A stretch of 64,000 nucleotides of DNA from Sulfolobaceae archaeon (GTDB lineage Archaea > Thermoproteota > Thermoprotei_A > Sulfolobales > Sulfolobaceae): contig JAWARQ010000001.1 of assembly GCA_038893355.1 (NCBI GenBank), forward strand, positions 224,001 through 288,000, given 5' to 3'. The notes under the pieces were generated by a model. The model saw nothing but the letters and a program-made list of their open reading frames with translations, was not told the origin of the DNA and did not search any database. Positions 34,077 through 44,980 of the stretch are shown here, in pieces. A program made the translations under genes and the position numbers. How positions within the stretch are numbered: the first letter of the stretch is position 1; every line of letters begins with the position of its first letter.

Positions 34077-34319
34077 TTATGATGAACTTAATATTTCTCT
34101 TAATGCTCTTTTTATATCCTCTGGTAACTCTTCTCGTTTTACAGTCTTAGCATCATCTAGTTTAGGTTCCCATTTTTCGCCATTAGGTAATACATAACTC
34201 TTTACAACACTAAATACTAAGAACCTTTCCCCTTTTTCATTTGTTGTATCTTCAATAAGTATTCTCTTACCCTTTCCAATTTCTACTATGTACTTTGCAC
34301 TTATGTTGTTAATCTTCAT
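34077..34319 (-). CDS. Small hypothetical protein
   Basis: 80-aa ORF filling the gap between grsA and TFS2. Confidence 0.75.
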   Translation of the reverse strand: MKINNISAKYIVEIGKGKRILIEDTTNEKGERFLVFSVVKSYVLPNGEKWEPKLDDAKTVKREELPEDIKRALREILSSS

Positions 34320-34353
34320 ATGGAGTAAATAGGAATGTTAAATATTAAAAATC

Positions 34354-34659
34354 TCACTCCTCTTCGGATTCTTCACTACTTTCAAATTCCTCTTTTAGCA
34401 AGTCTAAACCAATCTCTTTATAATACTCTTCTCTTTCTTGTGCTAACTGTTCCTCATGTGGGTTTCTTCCACTCTTATCACTGACAAGAGAGGTAGTAAG
34501 GACTTTTTCAGATTTACTTTTAGTACTTTTTATTGTATACTCCTTTTTCTCCTTTTCATCCATTACTCTCTCATATCCGCACTTGTTACACTTTAAATAT
34601 TCCTTTCCATCCTTCTTATTAGGTACTAGGAACCCACCACATCTAGGACAAAATCTCAT
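34354..34659 (-). CDS. TFS/RpoM paralogue (TFS2-like): N-terminal zinc ribbon only, acidic tail
   Basis: MRFCPRCG...CNKCGY; no C-terminal Zn ribbon or DE hairpin; AGTGA 5 nt before ATG 34659. Confidence 0.82.
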   Translation of the reverse strand: MRFCPRCGGFLVPNKKDGKEYLKCNKCGYERVMDEKEKKEYTIKSTKSKSEKVLTTSLVSDKSGRNPHEEQLAQEREEYYKEIGLDLLKEEFESSEESEEE

Positions 34660-34730
34660 GTTAATCACTATACTATAGTTTGTTTATAGGTGAAAATATA
34701 GTATATAAAAATTTCGCATAAAGCTTTATC

Positions 34731-35198
34731 TTAAAATACTCTTATCCGTGGGTCTTCCTTTATTACATTCAGTACGATGCTTGTGTAAGTTCTCTCAACT
34801 TTAGGATTTTTAAGTAATGATTTAATGAAGTTATCAAGGTCTTCGACCCCTTTAAATTTGGCTATCACAACTACATCATATTCACCAACCACATCATAAA
34901 TTGCAACTACATTATCAGCACTAGCAACTTCTTTTTCGAATTCAAGTATATGTTTACCATCAACTTTAATCATTATTATTGAAGTTAATGAATAACCTAA
35001 TTTACTGTAGTCTAAAAGCGTAGTAAAGCCTTTTATAACACCTTCTTGGATCAGTCTTAGAAGTCTATTATGCAGAGTTGCGGGAGAGACATTTAACTCT
35101 TCAGCTAACCTTCTTAAACTACTTCTCGAATCTCTAACTAATTCGTGTAACAATTTCTTGTCTACAGTATCTAATTCTACTCTTTTTCTATTAGACAC
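34731..35198 (-). CDS. Lrp/AsnC family transcriptional regulator (Ss-Lrp/Sa-Lrp-like)
   Basis: [15 protein letters not shown] domain VVGEYDVV. Confidence 0.95.
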   Translation of the reverse strand: MSNRKRVELDTVDKKLLHELVRDSRSSLRRLAEELNVSPATLHNRLLRLIQEGVIKGFTTLLDYSKLGYSLTSIIMIKVDGKHILEFEKEVASADNVVAIYDVVGEYDVVVIAKFKGVEDLDNFIKSLLKNPKVERTYTSIVLNVIKEDPRIRVF

Positions 35199-35253
35199 AT
35201 AAAACTTAATGGAATATCAGTTAAAAAATTTTCACAATCATACGATATCTGTG

Positions 35254-35865
35254 TTATAACTTTATTTGGGATATCGCATCTAATATTAACTGGACACCAA
35301 ACGCTGCTATTATAATTGCTGTAAACCTTCCTGCAGCTACTGTACCCGTTCTTCCTAATACTCTAACTAAAAATGGAGCAAAGAGCAAGACGAAATACGT
35401 ATATAGTGCCGCTAGAAAGCTAGCTAGCAGGAGTACATATGGTGAATAGTTTACGGATAAGGTTATTAAGGCAGTCATTGTCCCTGGTCCTACTATTAAG
35501 GGTGTTGCTATAGGAGTAACTATTGCCTCTTCTAATCTACCTACAAATCTTAACTGTTGAAAACCCCCGAGAGTGTCTATTCCTATATAAACTAATACTA
35601 TACCACCACCGATCATTAATGCGATAGGTTGCAGTCCTAAGAAATCAAGAAGCGGTCTTCCTAGTACGGAAAAAATGAATAATAGTATACTTATTGCTAT
35701 CATTATTCTATTTACTAAATATCTCCATGATATTACCTTTTGCATGTTTTCGCTATAAGTCTGATATACGGAAAGTAAATATGGTATTACGGCAAAAGGA
35801 TCCATAATCGCAAAAAGCTTAACTGATATTACCACAGAATTTGTTAGATCTTCAATTACTGGCAT
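35254..35865 (-). CDS. MarC family membrane protein
   Basis: [19 protein letters not shown], several TM segments. Confidence 0.93.
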   Translation of the reverse strand: MPVIEDLTNSVVISVKLFAIMDPFAVIPYLLSVYQTYSENMQKVISWRYLVNRIMIAISILLFIFSVLGRPLLDFLGLQPIALMIGGGIVLVYIGIDTLGGFQQLRFVGRLEEAIVTPIATPLIVGPGTMTALITLSVNYSPYVLLLASFLAALYTYFVLLFAPFLVRVLGRTGTVAAGRFTAIIIAAFGVQLILDAISQIKL

Positions 35866-36170
35866 TATTCATCTAGTATCCGAGAAATCTCTTCTAGACT
35901 TTTAATCTTTTTACTATTATCACTACTAAGGCTGGCAATAATTATCTTACTTAAGATTCTATATATTCTCGAGATCTCTTTCTTACACTCTTCTATTTCC
36001 TTACTTTTCTCATCTAACTTAACTTGCAGTAGTTGTAAAGAACTCAAAATTTCATCAAGTAATTCCTCTGCATGATGGTGGTGTGAAGCTTCTTCTCTAC
36101 TATGGATTTCGTTCTCTATCTCCTCTAAATCCTTTTCCGTCTTTGGAATCTTATCTATTCTAAACTTCAT
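35865..36170 (-). CDS. Hypothetical coiled-coil protein with His tract
   Basis: 101 aa with HHHH; overlaps both neighbours. Confidence 0.75.
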   Translation of the reverse strand: MKFRIDKIPKTEKDLEEIENEIHSREEASHHHHAEELLDEILSSLQLLQVKLDEKSKEIEECKKEISRIYRILSKIIIASLSSDNSKKIKSLEEISRILDE

Positions 36171-36457
36171 TTTTGCTCACTCTCCTCCGGTTCCATGTCT
36201 ACATTACGTGTAGTTTCTTTTTGTTCTGTTATTATTATATTTCCTAAACCCATTTTTAAATAATGTTTAATTACTACAGAAATTTTACCTGCAGCCCTAG
36301 TCGGTATACATTCAGTTTCTACTTCTTCTCCATCGTTCGTAATTCCAATAACTTTTGCCTCTTTCTTTTCATCGTCACAATATTCAAGCTTTACTGAAAC
36401 TAATTTTCCTGCAAACATTAATGATTCTAGATCTCTTCCTTTCATTTTATTAGTCAT
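36167..36457 (-). CDS. Hypothetical protein
   Basis: 96 aa; ATGA overlap with the pyrD stop. Confidence 0.75.
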   Translation of the reverse strand: MTNKMKGRDLESLMFAGKLVSVKLEYCDDEKKEAKVIGITNDGEEVETECIPTRAAGKISVVIKHYLKMGLGNIIITEQKETTRNVDMEPEESEQK

Positions 36458-37329
36458 TTTTTTACTCCAATACCAATTATGTCTTTAAAGCTTAATTTCT
36501 TTTCTTTAAGATACGAGATTAGACCTTCTCTAATCTCCTTAATTATATTGAATCCCTTCTCGATTATTACACTACCTAATCCTACTAACTTTGCACCAAC
36601 CATCATCATACCTATTACATCTTCCCAAGAAAATACACCACCAGTTCCTATTATATCTACTTCATATTCGCTATAAACTTCTCTAATTATCCTTAGTGCT
36701 AATGGATATATGCATTTTCCTGAAATCCCACCGGTCTCATAACTTAATATTGGCTTTGCAGTTTCAATATCTATTAGCATCCCCCTTAATGTATTTATTA
36801 ATGTTAGTCCATCAGCACCGGCTTCTAATGCTTTTCCTGCAATTTCTAGTATATTTTCACTAGGAGGCAATTTTACAAATACTGGTTTCTTGATAGATGA
36901 TTTTACAGAGCTTACTATATCCTTTACATAGTTTAAAAGGGAAATTCCATATCCTGCCCTATTAGGACTGCTTACATTTAATTCTATAAGTACAGAAACT
37001 CTTTCTAATTCCCTAGCTACGGCTGAATATTCTTCTATACTACTTCCACCTACACTTCCTATTAATTGACACGGTATATCTTCTAAGTCTCTGATTACCT
37101 TTACTCCCGGATTTCCCAGCCCTATGGCGTTTAAATAACATCCCTCATGGAACTTAATAACCGTAGGTGGTTTATGAGGTTCTAAAGGATTTAGAGTTAA
37201 TGTTTTAAGAGTTATTGCTGATGGTTGATACTCTACACATACTTCTCTCATTAAATTTCTTGCATAAGGTAAAATGCCAGAGGCTATAATTAATGGGTCT
37301 TTAAACTCCTTTCCAGCTACCTGGATCAA
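36454..37329 (-). CDS. pyrD: Dihydroorotate dehydrogenase catalytic subunit (Ser-type active site)
   Basis: [31 protein letters not shown]; likely TTG start at 37329. Confidence 0.95.
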   Translation of the reverse strand: MIQVAGKEFKDPLIIASGILPYARNLMREVCVEYQPSAITLKTLTLNPLEPHKPPTVIKFHEGCYLNAIGLGNPGVKVIRDLEDIPCQLIGSVGGSSIEEYSAVARELERVSVLIELNVSSPNRAGYGISLLNYVKDIVSSVKSSIKKPVFVKLPPSENILEIAGKALEAGADGLTLINTLRGMLIDIETAKPILSYETGGISGKCIYPLALRIIREVYSEYEVDIIGTGGVFSWEDVIGMMMVGAKLVGLGSVIIEKGFNIIKEIREGLISYLKEKKLSFKDIIGIGVKK

Positions 37330-38482
37330 ATGGATTAATCCCTCTAATTGGATATACCTCACCATCTTCATATACTACCTTTCCTTGAACTATCGTCATG
37401 TAGACTAATGCATCTAATGGGTAACCATCAAAGGGGGTTTGTGTTACCTTAGAATATCGAGTGGAATATCTCCATCTTTCAAATTTTATTACAGTAAAAT
37501 TAGCAAAATAGTTTTTCTCAATTTTTCCATACTTTATATCAAGAATTTTAGCTGGATTTAAAGAAATTAATTTTATTGTGTTTTTAATATCCAATATACC
37601 TTTTTTTACCAATGAAAACAAGAAAGGTACAGTAAATGAAATAGCCGCAATACCAGGCGGGCATAGCTCAAAGTCCTGAACTTTTTCCCATTTAGCATGT
37701 GGTGCATGATCGCTAGCAACAGCATCTGCCTCAAATAATGCTTTAAGTAATTCGAATCTAGTTATATTATCCCTAATAGGCGGGTTAACCTTTGTTAAAC
37801 AGTCTTTTTCACCATTAATTAAAATATGGTGTGGAGTAACATCTGTGGTTAATCCTAAATTTTTAGCTAATTTTAATGTATAATAATTAGTTATATGTGT
37901 TATATGAATTTTTGTAAATTTGTTATCGGAGAATAATATTCTTAATGGTGCTAATTCCATCCATATACTTCTAAATTTTCTAAATACCTTATTTGCCTTC
38001 ATGATTTCAGAATGTATTACTTTCAATTTTTTACTCTTTAGTACTGAATATAATTCATCTTTCTCTAAATCTTCTGGGTATATTTTATACCCTGCAATTG
38101 GTAATTTATCAATTTTTTCAGTCTCTTTTCCTACTCCTGCATATATACCAAAATCTGTTCTAGAATAGTTTTCAAATTCTCTTAATCTTTCAATAACTCT
38201 TTCATACGTTATTATAGGCGGAATAGTATTTGGCATATCTACTACTACAGTTATTCCACCATAGGCTGCTTCACTTGTTGCTGTAGCTACAGTTTCTTTA
38301 TAGCTTAATTGAGCACCTCTGACATGTACGTGCATATCTATAGCACCAGGTAAAAGGATTGTGGATTGAGGAAGACTAATATCAGGTTTACATTCTTTCT
38401 TTATATTCCTAATTATTCTATCAAATTCTATACAAATTTCTTCTATTTCGTCATTATAGAAAGCTTTACCTCTTATCCACAA
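37301..38482 (-). CDS. pyrC: Dihydroorotase
   Basis: DMHVHVR, DMPNT, PHH, KVNPPIR, SDHAPH. Confidence 0.96.
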   Translation of the reverse strand: MWIRGKAFYNDEIEEICIEFDRIIRNIKKECKPDISLPQSTILLPGAIDMHVHVRGAQLSYKETVATATSEAAYGGITVVVDMPNTIPPIITYERVIERLREFENYSRTDFGIYAGVGKETEKIDKLPIAGYKIYPEDLEKDELYSVLKSKKLKVIHSEIMKANKVFRKFRSIWMELAPLRILFSDNKFTKIHITHITNYYTLKLAKNLGLTTDVTPHHILINGEKDCLTKVNPPIRDNITRFELLKALFEADAVASDHAPHAKWEKVQDFELCPPGIAAISFTVPFLFSLVKKGILDIKNTIKLISLNPAKILDIKYGKIEKNYFANFTVIKFERWRYSTRYSKVTQTPFDGYPLDALVYMTIVQGKVVYEDGEVYPIRGINPFDPGSWKGV

Positions 38483-39071
38483 TTCTCTCTAACCTCATAA
38501 AAGGCCCTTGAATGCAAGGTAAATATCCATTGAATTCACAAACTCCACATACTCCTAACATACAGTTCATTTTAACCCATCTTACATAGACATAAGAATT
38601 TTTTGGTAGTTCTATTTTTTTAACTAAGTCTAGAGGTAATGATGCTAATATAGTATCATAATGTTCCATTTCCTTTACTCTTGGTATTTCCTCACATTCA
38701 CAATTTTCTATACAATAGAGTCTTGCGATCTTACCTTGTCTTATTCCGTAAAGTAAGGGATAATTTAAATCATAACAATATTTACCTATTGATATTCCTA
38801 ATATTCTTTCACCATTAAGATCTATGGGTATGCCTAACGGACCTTTAATTAATATATTTGAAAGTTTTGAGATTTTTTCTATTATTTTTCTTGATTCTAC
38901 ATATAATGTTAATATATCATTATTATAATCGCCTATACTTAATGGATACTCTCCTTCCAGAGGGAGTACTATACTTATATATTGCCCAGGCTTTGGATTA
39001 AATTTTATTCTTATTGTTATTTTCCAAATTTCATTATATTTATCTATTGAAATTAATTTACCCCTTAACAT
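38466..39071 (-). CDS. Dihydroorotate dehydrogenase electron-transfer subunit (short PyrK-like)
   Basis: [22 protein letters not shown]...CIQGP 2Fe-2S motif; lies inside the pyr operon. Confidence 0.85.
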   Translation of the reverse strand: MLRGKLISIDKYNEIWKITIRIKFNPKPGQYISIVLPLEGEYPLSIGDYNNDILTLYVESRKIIEKISKLSNILIKGPLGIPIDLNGERILGISIGKYCYDLNYPLLYGIRQGKIARLYCIENCECEEIPRVKEMEHYDTILASLPLDLVKKIELPKNSYVYVRWVKMNCMLGVCGVCEFNGYLPCIQGPFMRLERIVDKR

Positions 39072-39537
39072 CTAAAACTTGCCTCAAAATTTCATCTTCC
39101 TCTAATCTCGTTTCGCAGTATATACAGCTTATTATTAGTGGATTTGATCTCACTACTACAAATTTACTTTTAGCTTCGGGGTCGTTATTGGTTATACAAT
39201 AGGGATTGGGACATTTTAATAAGTCTAAAATAACTTTAGGTAGGCTAATTTTTCTCTTTTCTATAACCTTATAGTCTCTAACTATATTTATCGTAGCAGT
39301 TGATGCTACTAAAGATATAAGGCTTGTTTCTTTTTCGTCTAAAAATCTATCTTCAATTTTTACTATATCCTTCTTACCTAATTTTTTACTTTCTACATTC
39401 ATTACCAAACTAACTCTATTACTCTCATTACCTGAAATTCCTAAAATTTTAAGTACTACCAAAGCCTTCCCGGCAGGAATATGGTCTATTACAGTTCCAT
39501 TTTTTATCTTACTTACAACGAGTTCTTTTTCACTCAT
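39058..39537 (-). CDS. pyrI: Aspartate carbamoyltransferase regulatory subunit
   Basis: [28 protein letters not shown]. Confidence 0.98.
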   Translation of the reverse strand: MSEKELVVSKIKNGTVIDHIPAGKALVVLKILGISGNESNRVSLVMNVESKKLGKKDIVKIEDRFLDEKETSLISLVASTATINIVRDYKVIEKRKISLPKVILDLLKCPNPYCITNNDPEAKSKFVVVRSNPLIISCIYCETRLEEDEILRQVLDVKG

Positions 39538-40443
39538 TTAACTTTCACCTAATATAAGCGAAAGTAGTGCCATTCTAATTGGAACTCCTAATGAGGCTTG
39601 TAAGAAGTATTTTGCCCGTGTATCGTTATCAACATCTCTATCTATCTCATTTACTCTAGGTAGAGGATGAAGAATTATAGCATCTTTTTTCATCCTCTTT
39701 ACTAAATCCTTACTAACTTTATAGCTTTCCCTTACCCTTTGATATTCAATTTCGTCAGGAAATCTCTCCTTTTGAATTCTAGTAACATATAATACATCAA
39801 TTTCCTCGATAACATCATAAGGACTTTCAAGTTCCTTGATAGGGTAATTAAGATCTTCTAATATTTCTCTTCTTGGCCTTAATTGTTGTGGAGAGATTAA
39901 GTATACCATTTTTGGTTTAAAACGTGTTAATGCCCTAAGTAGACTATTTACTGTTCTTGCATACTTTAAATCACCAAATATTCCAAATACTAAATTATCC
40001 ACCTCACCAAATATTTCATTTACCGTAAATAGGTCAATTAATGCTTGTGTAGGATGTTCATGTTTTCCATCTCCAGCATTTATTACTGGCTTACTTGCTA
40101 CTTCTGCAGCAAATCCTGCTGCACCATCATATTTATGCCTAATTACGATTAAGTCAGAGTAAGAATCCAGCATTCTGATAGTATCTGCCAAATTCTCACC
40201 TTTTGCTATTGATATTGCCTCAACTCCAGAGAATCCTATTACTGATGCTCCTAGCTTTAAAGATGCTGTATGGAAGCTTAACATTGTTCTTGTACTAGGC
40301 TCAAAAAATGCCAAAGATATTATTTTATTCTTTAATATTTCAATTTTACCTTTTAAATTTTTATATTTTTTTGCTTCTTCAAATATTAAATAATATTCGT
40401 TACGATCTAGATCAAGTGAGGAAATTATGTCCTTATACTTCAA
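39538..40443 (-). CDS. pyrB: Aspartate carbamoyltransferase catalytic subunit
   Basis: [17 protein letters not shown]. Confidence 0.98.
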   Translation of the reverse strand: MKYKDIISSLDLDRNEYYLIFEEAKKYKNLKGKIEILKNKIISLAFFEPSTRTMLSFHTASLKLGASVIGFSGVEAISIAKGENLADTIRMLDSYSDLIVIRHKYDGAAGFAAEVASKPVINAGDGKHEHPTQALIDLFTVNEIFGEVDNLVFGIFGDLKYARTVNSLLRALTRFKPKMVYLISPQQLRPRREILEDLNYPIKELESPYDVIEEIDVLYVTRIQKERFPDEIEYQRVRESYKVSKDLVKRMKKDAIILHPLPRVNEIDRDVDNDTRAKYFLQASLGVPIRMALLSLILGES

Positions 40444-40549
40444 ATACTGCCCTAAAATAAGGTTATTAAAATATTAGTAAAAGCTTTTTGCTGTATCGTG
40501 GAAAGAATGAATGGTACTTTTTTATATTGAATACTGTAGTCATAAAATA
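40444..40549. promoter_or_regulatory. Divergent pyrB/pyrE promoter region
   Basis: AT-rich intergenic region with TATA-like TTTATA near 40521 (+) and TTTAATAA near 40470 (-); bipolar pyr organisation is known in Sulfolobus. Confidence 0.65.
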
Positions 40550-41137
40550 ATGAAATTTTCAGACGTATTACTTGAAAGGAAGTTATTATTAATTGGTAAT
40601 TTCATTTTAACCTCTGGAAAGTCTAGTCCATATTATATTGATCTAAGAAAATTACCAAGTTATCCAGAATTTAACGTTATAGTAAATGAGGCTATCAATA
40701 TTGTGAAGAATATAAAATTTGACATTATAGTCGGTATTGCAACAGGGGGAATCATATTAGCATCATATCTAGCATGTAAGCTAAACAAACCAGTCGGGTA
40801 TGTAAGGGTCGAGAAAAAAGGTCACGGTACAGATAAATTGCTTGAAGCTGAGGTAGAGGGTAAAAGGGTTTTGGTTGTGGATGATGTATGCACTACCGGC
40901 GGATCAATAGAGAAAGCTGTAAAAGAAATAGTTAACAATGGGGGGAGAGTTGTTGGAGCCTTGGTAATAGTTGATAGGGAAGAAGGTGCAAGAGAGAGGC
41001 TCAAGAATTTAGGAGTTGAACTTTATGCATTGTATAAAGTTTCTTACATACTGAAGGAGATATTAAACTCAAATAAGCTTTCTGAAAAAGAGAAAAATAT
41101 AATAAAGGAATATTTTGGTGAAAAAGTTGAGAAGTAA
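40550..41137 (+). CDS. pyrE: Orotate phosphoribosyltransferase
   Basis: [29 protein letters not shown]; ATG 40550. Confidence 0.97.
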   Translation: MKFSDVLLERKLLLIGNFILTSGKSSPYYIDLRKLPSYPEFNVIVNEAINIVKNIKFDIIVGIATGGIILASYLACKLNKPVGYVRVEKKGHGTDKLLEAEVEGKRVLVVDDVCTTGGSIEKAVKEIVNNGGRVVGALVIVDREEGARERLKNLGVELYALYKVSYILKEILNSNKLSEKEKNIIKEYFGEKVEK

Positions 41138-41783
41138 AATAATTTTAGCCATTGATGATGCTTCTTTTTTTAATAAATTGGGAGATGTAAGTGAATTATT
41201 AGCTGGAGTAAAATTAGGATTGCCTATTTTTCTTGAATTAAATATATTAAATATAAAAAATATTATTTTAAAAAATAATATAAAAAATATAATAATAGAT
41301 TTAAAACTTGCAGATATAGGGGATATAATGATTTCTTCTGTTTCTAAATTAATAGATATAGGGGATGGATTTATTGCACATTCGTTCATCGGTAAGGAAG
41401 AATCTTTAGATAAATTAAAGAAATTCCTAGATGATAATAATAAGAAGCTCTATTTAATCTTATCAATGTCTCATCCTGGTTGGAGGGATGAGTTTTTTTA
41501 TGATCATTTAAAGAGAATTATAGCTGAAGTAGATCCATATGGGATTGTAGTACCAGCCACTAAACCACAAATTATTGAAAGGGCTAGGAACGACTTTCCT
41601 AAAAAGGTAATAATATCTCCCGGCGTTGGAACTCAAGGTGCACCATTTGGAATTGGATTATGTAAGGGTAGTGATTACGAAATAATTGGCAGGAGTATTA
41701 CTAAATCAATTAGGCCAAGAGAAATAATTTTGAAGATAATTGAAGCACAAGAGAGGATGTTAAATGAATGTAAAAAAGGATGA
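41127..41783 (+). CDS. pyrF: Orotidine 5'-phosphate decarboxylase
   Basis: [26 protein letters not shown]; TTG 5 nt after GGTGA. Confidence 0.97.
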   Translation: MRSKIILAIDDASFFNKLGDVSELLAGVKLGLPIFLELNILNIKNIILKNNIKNIIIDLKLADIGDIMISSVSKLIDIGDGFIAHSFIGKEESLDKLKKFLDDNNKKLYLILSMSHPGWRDEFFYDHLKRIIAEVDPYGIVVPATKPQIIERARNDFPKKVIISPGVGTQGAPFGIGLCKGSDYEIIGRSITKSIRPREIILKIIEAQERMLNECKKG

Positions 41784-42426
41784 GAGATTATTACTATCTC
41801 AAGAAAGTAAAAATTTAGCAGAATTATTATCAAAATTGGCTTTAGCAGAAGATTACCATGAAGAAAGTGGTATTGAGCCTACTACTGATATGAAGGATAT
41901 ATATGTGGAGGATTTAAAAGCAAGAGAATATGGGTTTAAAGTAGGAAGTATGAATTTATCTTATAGATACTTATATTCTTATACTGCGAATTTATTTATA
42001 GAATTTATAAGGAAATATATGTTAGAATTTGCTAATAACACGATAAATACTGGAATTGAATATTTATTAATTCTCTTGAGAGATGGAAAATTTTTAATTT
42101 TAGAAGGTGATGAAAATAAAGTTCAAATTCCATTTCCTGACGGTTTAGCCACTGTCCATACGCATCCGGGTATATGTTTATTCTCAGAAAAGGATCTGGA
42201 AACTGCAGATTATTTATTCTCTAGGGGCTATTTTATTATTGGAGTAATGAATAACACATGTATTTCAATTATTTATAGAAATGGTGTGTATACATTAGAA
42301 GATAAAGAAATGTTAATTAAATTTTATAAAAAATTAAAGAAAATTAAAAATTTAAATGAATATATTCAATTATTTAAAAATTTTAATACTGAAAATTTAA
42401 AAATAACTATCTTAACTTTTCTTTAG
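41764..42426 (+). CDS. Hypothetical protein with a JAB/MPN-like metal motif
   Basis: GIEY...VHTHPGICLFSEKD; overlaps the pyrF end. Confidence 0.7.
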   Translation: MNVKKDERLLLSQESKNLAELLSKLALAEDYHEESGIEPTTDMKDIYVEDLKAREYGFKVGSMNLSYRYLYSYTANLFIEFIRKYMLEFANNTINTGIEYLLILLRDGKFLILEGDENKVQIPFPDGLATVHTHPGICLFSEKDLETADYLFSRGYFIIGVMNNTCISIIYRNGVYTLEDKEMLIKFYKKLKKIKNLNEYIQLFKNFNTENLKITILTFL

Positions 42427-43420
42427 CTAACATATTTATAGTAACTTCTGCGATATCAAATGAGTATCTATTAATTCGTCTTAAAGAGTCAAGTACAAGC
42501 AATGCATTACTTAAGCTTTCAACATCACCTTTAGAACTTACTAACCTACTAGTAATGTCATAGTGTTCTTGTATAATTTTGTTATCTTTGAGAACTTCGT
42601 AACTTATCTCCTTCTTCCTATTTATAAATGCATTAATTGATTTTTTATATATTTGTGAGATTTTTATTCCATAATCGTAAATTAAGCTCGTAAGTTCTTT
42701 TTCTAATTTTATCTTTTCAGCTAATGTTGCTATCCTAACTGCATGGTCTGCAACCCTTTCTATATATCTAGATACAAGGTGATAGTCTGGAATTTGAAAG
42801 AAATTTATTTCTTCCTTTTCTAATATTTCATATATAGATAACGATAATGTTAGTTGTCTAGATATATAAAAATATAGCCTATCGACTTCATCATCCCTCA
42901 ATATCACTTGTTTTGACAACTCATAATTTTCATCCTTTATAGAAGTTAAGCTATCTAACAACATGTTTAATGCTAAGTGTGAGGCTCTACTTATAGCCTT
43001 AGAGATCGATAATTCTTTTACACTTACTAGAAATTGTATCACTAGAGAATTTGCGGTTTCGTCTACTATTTCACCACCAAGCAATCTTCTCCTTATGAAG
43101 TCTTTAATAACTGCAATATCATTTGCTTTCATCTTAGTACAAAAGATAGATACAGTAGAGTAACCTGCCATATAATATGCAATCATTTCTCGTATTATAT
43201 AATCGATTTCAGAATCTCTACATTCTATAACTGAGTTTAAAGATTCCTCTTTATTGCCTGCCTTTCTAGGGACTATTATTAGCTTCATGTCTTTATCTTG
43301 ATAAATTTCAACGATATCTCCTGCATTAAGTCCTAGCGTCTTTATCCATGATTTAGGTAAAGATACTATAAATGTTGAACCTCCAGTAATCTGTAGCTTT
43401 CTTAATATAGGTCTATTCAT
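42407..43420 (-). CDS. AbrB-PhoU family phosphate uptake regulator
   Basis: RKLQITGGSTFIVSLPKSW (AbrB), DDEVDRLY and ERVADH (PhoU). Confidence 0.93.
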   Translation of the reverse strand: MNRPILRKLQITGGSTFIVSLPKSWIKTLGLNAGDIVEIYQDKDMKLIIVPRKAGNKEESLNSVIECRDSEIDYIIREMIAYYMAGYSTVSIFCTKMKANDIAVIKDFIRRRLLGGEIVDETANSLVIQFLVSVKELSISKAISRASHLALNMLLDSLTSIKDENYELSKQVILRDDEVDRLYFYISRQLTLSLSIYEILEKEEINFFQIPDYHLVSRYIERVADHAVRIATLAEKIKLEKELTSLIYDYGIKISQIYKKSINAFINRKKEISYEVLKDNKIIQEHYDITSRLVSSKGDVESLSNALLVLDSLRRINRYSFDIAEVTINMLAKEKLR

Positions 43421-43457
43421 ATTATTACTTCTATATAAGTAAATATATAGTTTATCT

Positions 43458-43898
43458 TCAAGTCACAATAGATTCCTTCTTTTGATTTATGAGTTTTTCA
43501 AGGTTCTCTTTAGATTCTTTAAAGAACTTATTACCTAAAATAGTTTCAGGAATAGAAATTTGTGGTAAACTCTCTTCTAATTCCTCTAAGATGAGTATTA
43601 CCTCTGGGAGCTGAAAATCTTTGACCATATCTTTTGTAACCTTAATCGCTGAATATAAATAAGGAACTATAAAAATCCCCAATTCTATATAAATCTCTAA
43701 TCTTAACTCTATAATTTCTAAAAGAAGATCTATTATATTTAATTTATAAAGAAGTAAGGATAATTGTTTTCTCTCTTTCTCAAAAACATTAATATTTAAA
43801 TTATTTAGTCTGTTATTAATTTTATAAATATTATTTCTGATCCTATTTCTGAAAATTCTTATATCGGTCAGCAGTGATATTATATCCTTTTTTCTCAT
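43458..43898 (-). CDS. Short ESCRT-III paralogue, CdvB3-like
   Basis: Basic helical N-terminus, LLEIIELRLE motif, recalled synteny next to phoU, and an AGTATTA box at its start. Confidence 0.6.
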   Translation of the reverse strand: MRKKDIISLLTDIRIFRNRIRNNIYKINNRLNNLNINVFEKERKQLSLLLYKLNIIDLLLEIIELRLEIYIELGIFIVPYLYSAIKVTKDMVKDFQLPEVILILEELEESLPQISIPETILGNKFFKESKENLEKLINQKKESIVT

Positions 43899-43905
43899 TA
43901 ATACT
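43899..43905 (-). promoter_or_regulatory. aCcr1-box-like heptamer AGTATTA
   Basis: Minus strand reads ...cagaAGTATTAatg, directly abutting the ATG of the CdvB3-like gene. Confidence 0.55.
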
Positions 43906-43954
43906 TCTGATTAGCAGTACTAGGCTTAATATTATTTTTACTCATTCGTAAACC

Positions 43955-44353
43955 CTAACTTTTAACTCTATTTATCTTCTCTCTTTTTTCTATAATTTTC
44001 CTTAATTTATTTAATATATTAACTAGGTCTTCATGAAGATCGTTATATTTTCCACAAATTGCAAGAAATTCTAGTTCGTTAAATACTTTATACTTCTTAT
44101 GAATGTCTAAAAGTGAGAATGATAAGTTAAGATAATCTCTTACGAATTCTTTACTGCATCTTTCATAAATTATCTTCAATATACTTAAATCCATTATTCT
44201 CTTCCTCTTATTTCTTCTTGAATATAGAATGATTCTCATATTTGTTGGTACTTCTTCTCTCTCGAGCTCTTCTGCTTTAAGTTCACCTTCCTCTATTTCA
44301 ATAATATATGACTCTGCAATTATGTACTTCTTTATAATTTCTTTTAATCCCAA
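43955..44353 (-). CDS. Hypothetical protein
   Basis: 132 aa; TTG start 6 nt after GAGGT. Confidence 0.75.
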   Translation of the reverse strand: MGLKEIIKKYIIAESYIIEIEEGELKAEELEREEVPTNMRIILYSRRNKRKRIMDLSILKIIYERCSKEFVRDYLNLSFSLLDIHKKYKVFNELEFLAICGKYNDLHEDLVNILNKLRKIIEKREKINRVKS

Positions 44354-44374
44354 ATTTGAACCTCTAATAGAAGT

Positions 44375-44980
44375 ATGAATTGGGAAGAGAGAAAAAAATT
44401 AGCATGGGAAAGGATATTAGTCGATAAGGAAATTGGTTATTTAGACCCAGATATATATGAAGTTTTAGAGGCCTTTTTTAAGAGACCAAAATCTTATACA
44501 AAGAGTAGCTGTTCTGGCAGAATTATAATAATAGATTCACTATATCCTTGGCAAAGGAAAAATTCTACAATAATTTATAAAAATCATTTTGGAATAAAAT
44601 TGGAAATTCTAGAAGATATAGTAAATAAACCTCATGAGTACATGCTTTGGTTATTAGTACAGAGTCCCATTATTCATGTATATACTTTTGATTATGATGA
44701 GGCATGGGAGGTTTTAAAAATAGCAAGGGCTGCAGGTTTTAAACATAGTGGTATTCTCGTCCATAATGAAAATGGAATTTTAGTTGAAATAAGGTCAGGT
44801 ATTGGAATGATTCAGTTATTAAAAGATAAGAACGGTAAAGTTGTCAGTGATTTAAAAGCTGTTACGGTAGTAGCAAATGATATATTAGCTAAAGGTAAAG
44901 AAAAACTAAACAAACTAAAACAACATTTACTATCTGAAGTCAATTATTCTATGAAGCTGCGGGAGGACTCTAAAGGGTAA
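44375..44980 (+). CDS. taw3: tRNA(Phe) wyosine-derivative methyltransferase Taw3/TYW3
   Basis: YLDPDI, TKSSCSGRI, PIIHV, AGFKHSG. Confidence 0.93.
   Translation: MNWEERKKLAWERILVDKEIGYLDPDIYEVLEAFFKRPKSYTKSSCSGRIIIIDSLYPWQRKNSTIIYKNHFGIKLEILEDIVNKPHEYMLWLLVQSPIIHVYTFDYDEAWEVLKIARAAGFKHSGILVHNENGILVEIRSGIGMIQLLKDKNGKVVSDLKAVTVVANDILAKGKEKLNKLKQHLLSEVNYSMKLREDSKG

Noticed and set aside
35177-35200. Out-of-frame ATG 2 nt before the Lrp GTG (MCLIEKE*)
   Set aside because: TATA spacing puts the TSS at or next to the GTG; no further support
41230-41305. Extremely AT-rich low-complexity stretch in pyrF ([19 protein letters not shown])
   Set aside because: In frame, with catalytic motifs intact on both sides; compositional drift rather than an insertion or repeat array
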